In this document: piece after piece, positions 24,914 to 32,000 of the stretch
Layout of the letters: every line of letters starts with the position of its first letter
Numbering within the stretch: the first letter of the stretch is position 1
DNA from: Candidatus Korarchaeum cryptofilum OPF8
GTDB taxonomy: Archaea; Korarchaeota; Korarchaeia; Korarchaeales; Korarchaeaceae
Assembly: GCF_000019605.1 (NCBI RefSeq)
Contig: NC_010482.1
Span: 450,001 to 482,000, forward strand
Direction of reading: 5' to 3'
Length of the DNA: 32,000 bases
The notes under the pieces: model-generated
Database searches by the model: none
Seen by the model: only the letters and a program-made list of their open reading frames with translations
Told to the model about the DNA's origin: nothing
Position numbers and translations under genes: made by a program

Positions 24914-25819
24914 TCAGACGGATATAACTTCATACCATCCGAACCCGAAGCTGCTCCTCTTCCCTATGTGAGAGAGCTGGCAGAACAGGAGTGGCCTCCT
25001 CATGTGCAGGGATGACCTCCCCGAGTAGACCAAATCCCCAGAGAGGAAGGTCTGATCCTCGCCCTTGTACTTGAAAGTCACCTCCCTCAGCCTCTCCCCC
25101 CTGAGCCTGATCCCCAAGCTATCCCCCAGGGCCTTCCTCACATCTATATCCAGAGCCCCCACGTACTGCTGCATTAAAGCCGAGTACTTCCTGAGCATGA
25201 AGGGGAAGAGGTTCCTGAAATCCAGATCCCTAACAAGATTTCCGTCCCTGACTAACCTGAATGGCGTTATGAACCTGAGCATGAAGGTGCTCCCTATCCT
25301 TCCGGATACGTCCTTGGTGCTTATCCAGATATCAGAATCGTATAGATCCCCCTCATATAAGATCTCCTTCCTCCTGAGGAATGGGTTCTCAACGCAAGCC
25401 CTCCTCAGCTCCAACCTGCCCCTCCTCTCCTTCGTGCCGAGCCCCTTCCTCCCCATCTCCAAGACGGCTGAGAGCAGCTGCTTCTCGAACTTAGCTGAGT
25501 CCCCGAAGAGCACTATAGAGAACTTGAACTCCTCCCCCTCAGAGAACTCGGTCCTCTCATCCGGGGGAGGCTTTATCACGTAAGGCTTGGTGAATCCGCT
25601 TATCTTCCTGAGCACCAGGCCCTTGGAAGGGGTCCTGTAGATGTAACCGTAGGGGCACCTGAAGATGAGGTTGCAGTTGGAACAGTCCCCATCCGATATG
25701 CAGAACTTCCTCATCAAGTGCATTCCAATAGCTCCCCTTATCAGATTCCCCTTCCACCTGGGGAGCTTGGCCCTCTCCCTGAACTCCATCTCGAACGTGT
25801 AGAGCTTAGCTATCCTCAA
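24914..25819 (-). CDS. cas6: Cas6-like crRNA-processing endoribonuclease (RAMP), located away from the cmr cassette.
   Basis: It has the C-terminal glycine-rich loop HIGKRSSFGFGWYEV, an N-terminal LPRWKGNLIRGAIGMHL, and a Cys cluster CSNCNLIFRCPYGYIY as in the Cas6 subgroup I recall as pfam10040-like. The start is TTG, 22 nt after the protease stop. Confidence 0.65.
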   Translation of the reverse strand: MRIAKLYTFEMEFRERAKLPRWKGNLIRGAIGMHLMRKFCISDGDCSNCNLIFRCPYGYIYRTPSKGLVLRKISGFTKPYVIKPPPDERTEFSEGEEFKFSIVLFGDSAKFEKQLLSAVLEMGRKGLGTKERRGRLELRRACVENPFLRRKEILYEGDLYDSDIWISTKDVSGRIGSTFMLRFITPFRLVRDGNLVRDLDFRNLFPFMLRKYSALMQQYVGALDIDVRKALGDSLGIRLRGERLREVTFKYKGEDQTFLSGDLVYSGRSSLHMRRPLLFCQLSHIGKRSSFGFGWYEVISV

Positions 25820-25841
25820 CGCTCCCCACTCCCATCGAAAA

Positions 25842-26246
25842 TTAATAAAGAAGATGCTGGGGGCATAACGCGAGCCTCGCTGTCTTAGCGCAATAATCTA
25901 GCTCTAGCTTGAAAGATTCTAAGAACTCAGCACCAACGACAAACTCATTAACTCCTTCAACAGTCTCTATGAAACCATCTACCACATAGGGCTCGAGGAT
26001 AGTTTCACCAAATACGCCTCTGGACCTCACCTTCCTGCCATCCGCTAGGATGAGCTCCCTCCTCTCGCTCTCAAGTTCCCCGAAGGTGGTATCGAACACG
26101 TCGCTGGGGATGAGGAGGAAGCCCTCATATCCAGTATCTATAATAGCTACTACGGAGCCCCTCTCGGGGTAAGCTCTGCCTGTGAAGGGATTCCTTATGA
26201 TCAACTCGATAGCTGGCGTGAGACCTATGAAGCGGGGCAAGATCAC
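25842..26246 (-). CDS. Retropepsin-like (clan AA) aspartic protease of 134 aa.
   Basis: It has the D-T-G active-site motif in VVAIIDTGYEGFLLIP. Its size and layout resemble archaeal AF_0612-type single-lobe aspartic proteases. Confidence 0.7.
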   Translation of the reverse strand: MILPRFIGLTPAIELIIRNPFTGRAYPERGSVVAIIDTGYEGFLLIPSDVFDTTFGELESERRELILADGRKVRSRGVFGETILEPYVVDGFIETVEGVNEFVVGAEFLESFKLELDYCAKTARLALCPQHLLY

Positions 26247-26563
26247 ACGCTCAGCCTATAGCCTCCCCTAACAGAGCCCTTGATACCACTGCTCCTCAAG
26301 ATCCTGAGGCCCCTCGGTTCAACACCTAGTTCTTTAAGTTTTTCAGCGAGTTCAGATAGAGTTGGCGCTTCCGCTAATATCTTCCCCTCCTTGAGAGCTA
26401 TGTATTTAGTTTCCCTCTCCTCCTCTAGCTTAGCTAAGTAACTTCTCAGGGCGTTCTCAACGATTTTCGACATCCCACCCCTCCTAGATCCATAAAATCT
26501 TTCAGCAGCTTTTCTCAATCGCTCCGCGAGCTCATCATCTATTGAGACCGTTATAGTGCCCAC
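26243..26563 (-). CDS. Ribbon-helix-helix (CopG-like) DNA-binding protein of 106 aa.
   Basis: TITVSIDDELAERLRKAAERF...MSKIVENALRSYL shows the RHH pattern. It overlaps the protease gene by 4 nt. Confidence 0.7.
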   Translation of the reverse strand: MGTITVSIDDELAERLRKAAERFYGSRRGGMSKIVENALRSYLAKLEEERETKYIALKEGKILAEAPTLSELAEKLKELGVEPRGLRILRSSGIKGSVRGGYRLSV

Positions 26564-26845
26564 ATGGGAGCGATGCGAACCCTCTATTTAAATTTTACTT
26601 ATTTATTAATTAATTCATTAATGAGCCTCTAGCTATAGCCAGGGGATCAGAGTGGAGGGTGCGAGCGCAAGCAGAGGATCCATGCGTTGATCTCAGGAGG
26701 CGGCTTCTCTAACTTTGAGGAGCGCAGGAGTACTAGGTTATGAAGGGTCATCAAGAGTTAAGTTGCTTTGAGCTTCTGCAATCGATGAGCGCTCAGACTC
26801 TCGCAATTCTCTAGAAATGAGTGCTATGAAGACTTCGCCCCAGTT

Positions 26846-27061
26846 ATGGGGATATTGAAGCTTTATCAAACATTTGGATTGACGATAGCCTCTATACGTG
26901 GCTCGATACCCTCAGAGAATTTACATGGGATCAAGAGAGGCGGAAGAGTCGCTGACATCTATATCGCAGTGAGCGGTTTTGAGAAGAGTATTGAGGAGAA
27001 TATCTCAAAGTTGATAGAGGAATGCTATGGAGAGAGTGGAACCGTCGAAAGGAGCGATTAA
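26846..27061 (+). CDS. Hypothetical small protein (71 aa), weakly supported.
   Basis: Support comes from the ORF only. A second short ORF (27027..27194) continues in another frame. Confidence 0.3.
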   Translation: MGILKLYQTFGLTIASIRGSIPSENLHGIKRGGRVADIYIAVSGFEKSIEENISKLIEECYGESGTVERSD

Positions 27062-27168
27062 GAGCTGGCTCAAGGGAAAGAATCTGAGGGATAAGGACCT
27101 CATAGAGGGAGCGAGTAAGGAAGCTCTGGAGAGATCCTTCCCCGGGATTGTCGCAGTTATAAGAAGAT

Positions 27169-27552
27169 TCATAGAGATGACTGAGAGTGATTGATGCCTA
27201 TTGATGTCCCCATCAGCTCTCTCCTCAATCCGGATGCGAAGTTTTTCAGGTTATCCACGAGCCTCTCATACTCCTCTATCCCCTTAGCGGTCAGCCTCGC
27301 GAAGACCCTGGGACCCCTCAATGTGGGCGTCCTCCTGAGCTCGATGTAACCTTCCCTCTTCATCCTCCTCAAGTGATTATCCACATCACCTAAACTCAAG
27401 TTGAGGGCTTTCGCTATATCCCCCACGCTCTTGGGGCCGAAGATGTAGAGGAGGGTGGCTATCATGAACCTCTTTGGGTTCATGAGCACCGGATCGAGCT
27501 TCTTCAGGTAGGGGAGGGAATCACTCTGAGAAGAGTTTCGCTGCTCTGACAA
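27169..27552 (-). CDS. Winged-helix transcriptional regulator (ArsR/HTH_34-like).
   Basis: LDPVLMNPKRFMIATLL...VGDIAKALNLSLGDVDNHLRRMKREGYIELRR matches the wHTH pattern. The start is TTG, and the gene overlaps the upstream membrane gene by 32 nt. Confidence 0.75.
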   Translation of the reverse strand: MSEQRNSSQSDSLPYLKKLDPVLMNPKRFMIATLLYIFGPKSVGDIAKALNLSLGDVDNHLRRMKREGYIELRRTPTLRGPRVFARLTAKGIEEYERLVDNLKNFASGLRRELMGTSIGINHSQSSL

Positions 27553-28111
27553 GAGCGTACACCCCCGCTAGGGAGTAGAAGAGGAGGCAGAGGCCCAAAG
27601 CGGCCATAGAATCTAAGTAAGGGGGTAGCGAGAGCAGGGCGGGGAAGCTCAGTAACATGAGGATCGAAGCGAGGAGGAATGGCTTAGCTTTAATGAGACC
27701 GTTCAATACCAGAGGCCTCTCTATCAAAAAGTGAACCAGGAGGAACGAGGCTCCCAGCGTCCCGTACCAGAGGGATGGGATTGAGTAGAGGGACCCGATT
27801 ATTATAGCTGCCGCTATGGGTATTATGAAGGAGACCATCCACCTGGCCCCCTCGTATGGTAGCCTCTCCCTCCTAATTCCGGGGACAGTTTTAGCTACTA
27901 AGAGAGCGCAGAGAAATACTAGAGGGATCACTCCCAAAGTTCCGCCTATGAAGATCCAGGGGGAATTGTAGAGGGAGCCTATCGAGAATATGAGCAGCCA
28001 GTATCCCCCGAAGATGGCTCCGTATATGAGGAAGGATATGCCCATAGATGCGGTCCTGAAGTAAACCCTGAGCTTCCTAGCGAACTCCCCCAGAGTGGCC
28101 GCATCCTCCAT
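27521..28111 (-). CDS. Integral membrane protein (196 aa, about 5-6 TM segments), operonic with the wHTH regulator.
   Basis: It has several long hydrophobic stretches and an ATG start 34 nt downstream of a TATA-like box. Confidence 0.7.
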   Translation of the reverse strand: MEDAATLGEFARKLRVYFRTASMGISFLIYGAIFGGYWLLIFSIGSLYNSPWIFIGGTLGVIPLVFLCALLVAKTVPGIRRERLPYEGARWMVSFIIPIAAAIIIGSLYSIPSLWYGTLGASFLLVHFLIERPLVLNGLIKAKPFLLASILMLLSFPALLSLPPYLDSMAALGLCLLFYSLAGVYALVRAAKLFSE

Positions 28112-28157
28112 GGAGACACCTAGAATAAAAGTGAGGAGATCTTATAATGACATATGA

Positions 28158-28176
28158 AGCTCTCAAATTGAGAGTG
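28158..28176 (-). promoter_or_regulatory. Operator-like inverted repeat upstream of the 196-aa membrane gene.
   Basis: AGCTCTCAAATTGAGAGTG has arms CTCTCA/TGAGAG and lies just upstream of the TATA-like ATTATAAG (plus-strand 28141-28150). It is nearly identical to the site at 28588-28606. Confidence 0.55.
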
Positions 28177-28186
28177 AACTCATGAA

Positions 28187-28543
28187 TCACTCGCTCCTCC
28201 GAAAACCAATTAGGCCAGCGAGCAGGATGAGGAAACCGACTAAAATAGTCCCTATGCCCGCTAGATATGGGTATATGAGCTCCGGTCTGTAGATCAGGAA
28301 GGACCCGCATGAGATCATGAGAGCGCCTACAACTAATAGGGAGAGCTGAGCGAAGGTTCTGGGCAGGCTTATAGTCAGAGGAGTCACCTCCACATTCTTC
28401 TCCCTTATTAGAGCCATGAGGAGGAACCCGAAGCCCATGCCAATAGCTCCACCGACATCCGGTCTACCGAATATCGAGCCTATACCGGCGCCGATGAACA
28501 TGCAGGCGACGAATAAGAGGCCCCTACGCTCATCGGACCGCAT
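28187..28543 (-). CDS. Small integral membrane protein (118 aa, about 4 TM segments).
   Basis: The composition is hydrophobic and Gly-rich. An ATG start is preceded by a TATA-like box at 28571-28584. Confidence 0.65.
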   Translation of the reverse strand: MRSDERRGLLFVACMFIGAGIGSIFGRPDVGGAIGMGFGFLLMALIREKNVEVTPLTISLPRTFAQLSLLVVGALMISCGSFLIYRPELIYPYLAGIGTILVGFLILLAGLIGFRRSE

Positions 28544-28587
28544 GCTTCACCCCTCGAAGCTCCATGGGACGGATTTAAATATATGAG

Positions 28588-28606
28588 GAGCTCTCAGATT
28601 GAGAGT
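28588..28606 (-). promoter_or_regulatory. Operator-like inverted repeat upstream of the 118-aa membrane gene.
   Basis: AGCTCTCAGATTGAGAGTG sits within a ~35-bp block (TATGAGGAGCTCTCAGATTGAGAGTGTATGAAT) that is conserved with 28153-28187. Its spacing to the TATA box and the ATG is the same as at the other site. Confidence 0.55.
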
Positions 28607-28826
28607 GTATGAATTTTTGAGCTCTAAACCCATGAGTTCATAAAAGCGGTTAGCGCGTGAAAGCTGAGTGGCTGAGCGGTATTAAGATTCCCTGAGCATC
28701 TAAGATGGCTAATGGGACCTCAGACCTAGATAGTTACCCGAGGGTCTATCTAGCTCATTTTCAAATAGGAGCATCATTCTCATGCATTTTTAACACTCAT
28801 TGGAAATGCGATGAGCTGCCTTAATC

Positions 28827-29216
28827 TCAGTGAACTTCCCTCGGCCCAGTCGCCTCCTCGACTTTCCCCAAGATGAACATCTGGATCGCCTCCTCTAGTG
28901 TGATAACTCTCTTATCTTCCGGAGTAATGTAATATATCTTTATCCCCGATTCTCTCACCTTATAGTAAGCTCCGTAGCCAATTTCCAGCGTTAAAAGTGC
29001 ATTTACTCCTCTGGCGATCAGCTCGTTGACTAGAGCTACACCCCTTCCATGCTCCCGGGTTATGTACTCATTCCTAAAGATCTCCACCAGATTGTACTTA
29101 TCCCCTTCAACATCGACTATAGCGAAGCTGGGAGCCCTCCCGAAGTGAGGTACTAAGATGCACTTCCCGCGTGATTCCACATAGGGTACAGCTATCCTCA
29201 TAAGGTCGCGTCTCAT
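28827..29216 (-). CDS. NifB/NifX-family (dinitrogenase FeMo-cofactor-binding domain-like) protein.
   Basis: The HFGRAPSFAIVDVEG motif and a size of about 125 aa are typical of this family. Confidence 0.65.
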   Translation of the reverse strand: MRRDLMRIAVPYVESRGKCILVPHFGRAPSFAIVDVEGDKYNLVEIFRNEYITREHGRGVALVNELIARGVNALLTLEIGYGAYYKVRESGIKIYYITPEDKRVITLEEAIQMFILGKVEEATGPREVH

Positions 29217-29273
29217 CGAGGTGAATTTATACTTATCGTGAACATCCCGCTTGAGAGTTGTTGAATGCGATCC

Positions 29274-29492
29274 TCACTTTCTTATCTCAACTACCTTTTC
29301 CCTAGATCTCTCCCCGCTTATTATTCTTATATCGCTCTTCTTAACACCGAAGAATTCTGCTAGAACTTCTATCACGGCCTCATTAGCCTTACCTTTGACG
29401 GGAGGTGCCCTCACGTATACCCTGAGGTGATCCCCCTCCTCAACTACCCCGTTCCTCCCGGCATTCGGGACCACTAGAACGCTTACCCTCAT
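29274..29492 (-). CDS. DUF167 / YggU-family small protein.
   Basis: VVPNAGRNGVV...LRVYVRAPPVKGKANEAVIEVLAEFFGVKKSDIRIISGERSREKVVEI matches the DUF167 consensus as I recall it. Confidence 0.75.
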   Translation of the reverse strand: MRVSVLVVPNAGRNGVVEEGDHLRVYVRAPPVKGKANEAVIEVLAEFFGVKKSDIRIISGERSREKVVEIRK

Positions 29493-29577
29493 CTCCGTCC
29501 CAGAGCCGGAGGTCCCTTTTTAAAATATGCTTCGCAATTCTGAACTCGTTTCGGGAAGATCGAGCGGATTGAGTACT

Positions 29578-30504
29578 TTATTCCAAATTCTTGATGATAT
29601 ATTCTATCCTCTTCTCCAACTTCGGATGATCCTCGCTCCCCCAGTCGAGAGGGAGGAGATCATGCTCATATAACTTCCTCAACGCCGATATGTACGCATC
29701 CTTCCCCACGGTGCGCGCTGCATGTAAGTCAGCCTTGAGCTCCACTCTCCTCCAGTAGTAAGACAGGGGAGGGCCGAAGAGGAGAGTTAGTATTAGCCCG
29801 AGCGTGAGGAAAAGGCTACTAAATTCATCTCCAGCGACGAATTCATAGTAGAAAGATAAGGCGAGGAGCTCAATACCGATTATCGATATCAAGAGCATGA
29901 CTAATATCTTCAAGTGATCCTTATGTTCGATGTGCCCTATCTCGTGGGCGATAACCCCCTTTATCTCATCATCATTTAAGAACTCGAATAGGGGAGAGAG
30001 GAGTATTATTCTGGGCTTGATTATCCCAGAGACGAAAGCATTGGCTTCCTTAATCCTCTCAAGCTTAGCTACATATACTTTGTAGGGAACTGGATAGTCC
30101 AATGGCTCGATTCTCGTGAATAAACCCAGGGGGAACTTAAATGAGAGGATGAGATAACCTATGAAGCCCAAAGGGGCGAGGAAGATGACCTCAAACGGAG
30201 ACCCAGCTTTCATAGAGGCGAAGAATGGGAATAGCATGATAGATTGGAATAAGAGGATCGAGAGGACTTCGTCCAGGAACTCCGGGCTCAGCAGTATTTC
30301 TAGGAGCTCCCCCTCATAGAGTCGCCTGTAGTAAATTGAGGAAGCGGATACAGCCAAAGCTATCGCTGAGAGCACTAAGATGAAGAGTGCGCTGAGGATG
30401 CTCAATAGACCGGAGATGAAAGCGATCTCTATAGCGATCGGGATCGCTATGAGAAGGGAGGAGAAGATTATTAGGAAGATTTTAATCTTTGTCAGCGGTT
30501 CCAT
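29578..30504 (-). CDS. Membrane-embedded M48-family (HtpX-like) zinc metallopeptidase.
   Basis: It has the HEIGH zinc motif (GVIAHEIGHIEHKDH) flanked by multiple TM segments. Confidence 0.8.
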   Translation of the reverse strand: MEPLTKIKIFLIIFSSLLIAIPIAIEIAFISGLLSILSALFILVLSAIALAVSASSIYYRRLYEGELLEILLSPEFLDEVLSILLFQSIMLFPFFASMKAGSPFEVIFLAPLGFIGYLILSFKFPLGLFTRIEPLDYPVPYKVYVAKLERIKEANAFVSGIIKPRIILLSPLFEFLNDDEIKGVIAHEIGHIEHKDHLKILVMLLISIIGIELLALSFYYEFVAGDEFSSLFLTLGLILTLLFGPPLSYYWRRVELKADLHAARTVGKDAYISALRKLYEHDLLPLDWGSEDHPKLEKRIEYIIKNLE

Positions 30505-30675
30505 ATTCCAGTCCCCGCACTGGTCAGGCTCATAGAGTCACAATCTAACAACTAATAAGAGATTAATAAAGTTTCTGACGGATTGAAATTAGAAAGTTCT
30601 TGCGGGTTCTGACTCTCATACCAACATAATTTTCCTTAAGCTCATTTCGGAGAGCAGACCTCAGATTTCCACTCT

Positions 30676-31107
30676 TCAATCGATTAGTCTCACTCCATAT
30701 ACTTCTTCCGCGTATGCAGCCACTATCTCTAAAATCTTTTTCGCTTTTTCGTATAACTCCTCTGCTTTTTTCAGATCGTATAGGCTGGATGGGATCACGA
30801 GCTTCCCGAACTTCCTCATCGGATACCTGCTCCTCAGCCACTCTTTCTCCAGATCTATCAGATCCTTGGCTATCTCCGATAGCTTTTCCGACCATTCATC
30901 AGGCGATCTCGATACCACAACGCTCACGAAGTGGGAGGCTACGAGTTGCTCTGTAACTACTATATCATTCAGCAGCAGTATAGATTTCACAATTTTCTCC
31001 GCCGCTTGTTGAGCGTGATATACGGAATCAGCATATAGTCCATTCTCGAGAAGAACTCTCGAGCTCCTTAGATCCTCCTTCGCCCTTCTCGCGAACTCCC
31101 TAGCCAT
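30676..31107 (-). CDS. HEPN-domain protein, the putative toxin partner of the upstream MNT.
   Basis: It has AKEDLRSSRVLLENGLYADSVYHAQQAAEKIVKSIL and WLRSRYP. The ATG at 31107 overlaps the MNT stop as ATGGCTAG. An alternative GTG start lies at 31128. Confidence 0.75.
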   Translation of the reverse strand: MAREFARRAKEDLRSSRVLLENGLYADSVYHAQQAAEKIVKSILLLNDIVVTEQLVASHFVSVVVSRSPDEWSEKLSEIAKDLIDLEKEWLRSRYPMRKFGKLVIPSSLYDLKKAEELYEKAKKILEIVAAYAEEVYGVRLID

Positions 31108-31477
31108 CTCCAAGTCGGGCAAAATCACGCACCCCTCCCTTGTCGACGTGAATGGATCTAGCTCTCCTCAACGCTTCGCTCGCTCTCTCAATCCAGAAGT
31201 AGACGGGATATCTAGCGTATATTATCTCATATCCGGATATGACTGCTGAAACAAGGGGAGAGGCCCTCAACATCTCCTCTATGAAATCCTGAAGGGAGAT
31301 AACGATGATATGCTTTCCCTCCCTGTAGATAACTTCACCTCCTTCGCTTCTCGTTATCACCAAGATGTCCTCATCAGATGATTCACGCGAATATCCCTTG
31401 ACCCTCGATCCGAACTTTATTATCCCCATCACATCATCTTGTCTCAGGCCTATCTCACTCAGAAGCTGAATTTCCAC
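31100..31477 (-). CDS. Minimal nucleotidyltransferase (MNT), the putative antitoxin of the HEPN-MNT pair.
   Basis: It carries the KFGSRVKGYSRESSDEDILVI motif (GS-x9-D-x-D). Confidence 0.8.
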   Translation of the reverse strand: MEIQLLSEIGLRQDDVMGIIKFGSRVKGYSRESSDEDILVITRSEGGEVIYREGKHIIVISLQDFIEEMLRASPLVSAVISGYEIIYARYPVYFWIERASEALRRARSIHVDKGGVRDFARLGDG

Positions 31478-31575
31478 AGATCAACCCGCCCTTCACAATA
31501 TAAATTTCATGAGGAGTACTTCTTTGGTAGCACAAAATTTCCAGATCTCATACCGCGAGGATTCTCTGCTGGAGG

Positions 31576-31824
31576 TCATGTGATATTCGGTATCCTCGCC
31601 CTATACCTGTGTTCATCGAACTCCCCTACTGTCATGCCGGCGATCTTCGCTGCCCTGTATATGTCCCCTCTCTCGATGAAGTAAATTAATGCTGCCCTTA
31701 TATGCGGAGGCTGGGCTTTTATGAATTCCCAATCAGCCTTACTCCTCCTTATCTCCCTGAACTCCCTATCCTCCCTCTCCCACTCCTGAATGAGCTCAGG
31801 AGGGGGCTCTACCTCTTCAACCAT
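31576..31824 (-). CDS. UPF0175-family (COG2886) small HTH protein, antitoxin-like.
   Basis: The C-terminus GDIYRAAKIAGMTVGEFDEHRYRARIP fits the UPF0175 pattern (S..kAAe.aGms..eF...l...gIp). Confidence 0.6.
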   Translation of the reverse strand: MVEEVEPPPELIQEWEREDREFREIRRSKADWEFIKAQPPHIRAALIYFIERGDIYRAAKIAGMTVGEFDEHRYRARIPNIT

Positions 31825-31991
31825 TCTTTGAGCCTCCTAGTCGCAGCATCAACCCTTCTCTTATTAAAAATGTGTCTTGCATCTTCCTCATACTCCCTCA
31901 AGATCTCAAGGAACTCGTCCATAGAGCTCACGCTGATCAGCCCATTGTAGATGGAGTTCTCGAGGACTTCTAGGGAGGTCCAGACCTTCAC
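31809..31991 (-). CDS. Hypothetical small protein, possibly extending beyond the right window edge.
   Basis: The ORF has a GTG at 31991, and the frame stays open to position 32000. It overlaps the downstream UPF0175 gene by 16 nt. Confidence 0.35.
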   Translation of the reverse strand: MKVWTSLEVLENSIYNGLISVSSMDEFLEILREYEEDARHIFNKRRVDAATRRLKEWLKR

Positions 31992-32000
31992 CCTCGAGTA

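Noticed and set aside
27027-27194. A 55-aa plus-strand ORF (MERVEPSKGAIKSWLKGKNLRDKDLIEGASKEALERSFPGIVAVIRRFIEMTESD) overlapping the end of ORF 26846..27061 in another frame. It could be a separate small gene or a frameshifted continuation.
   Set aside because: I recognised no motif. It is below the ORF-track size cut-off and overlaps the 3' end of the convergent wHTH gene. I cannot distinguish a real gene from chance without homology data.
28726-28753. A hairpin CTAGATAG-N12-CTATCTAG about 75 nt downstream of the NifX-like gene.
   Set aside because: It is a short 8-bp stem with a large loop and no adjacent T-tract, which is compatible with chance, so I do not call it a terminator.
30563-30956. 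ORFs 30563..30895 (-) and 30714..30956 (+) overlapping the HEPN gene.
   Set aside because: They are out of frame or antisense to a motif-supported HEPN CDS, with Arg/Ser-rich low-complexity translations.

Overview
This window looks like an archaeal accessory/defence island; promoters are TATA-box type, often leaderless, and the protein composition looks thermophile-like. All calls come from reading the sequence and the ORF track, with no database search. From left to right: (1) A CRISPR array (1-1681) cut by the left window edge. It has 27 copies of a 25-nt repeat ending in ATTGAAAG and contains a perfect 253-bp internal duplication. (2) A tightly packed minus-strand type III-B operon, cmr4-cmr5-cas10(cmr2)-cmr3-cmr1-cmr6 (11005->3930). 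Its 3' end continues without a break into a non-Cmr ABC/AAA_21-like ATPase and a small PD-(D/E)xK-like ORF that appears frameshifted. I consider this pair the best candidate for an undescribed type III accessory module. (3) A divergent pair of CARF genes: a Csa3/Csx14-like CARF-wHTH protein and a Csx1 CARF-HEPN RNase. (4) Three paralogous COG1373-type AAA+ ATPases (DUF4143-like C-terminus). Each has its own paralog-specific palindrome bracketing the TATA box, and a decayed 5' fragment of a fourth copy lies nearby. (5) Two coiled-coil proteins built from near-perfect 63-bp and 54-bp tandem repeats. (6) Toxin-antitoxin-like modules: VapBC, an orphan MNT, and UPF0175-MNT-HEPN. (7) A stand-alone cas6 that seems operonic with an RHH protein and a retropepsin-like aspartic protease. 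(8) A wHTH regulator with two membrane-protein genes that share a conserved operator/promoter, followed by housekeeping-like genes (NifX-like, DUF167, M48 peptidase). No tRNA or rRNA genes, transposases or cas1/cas2 adaptation genes were recognised.
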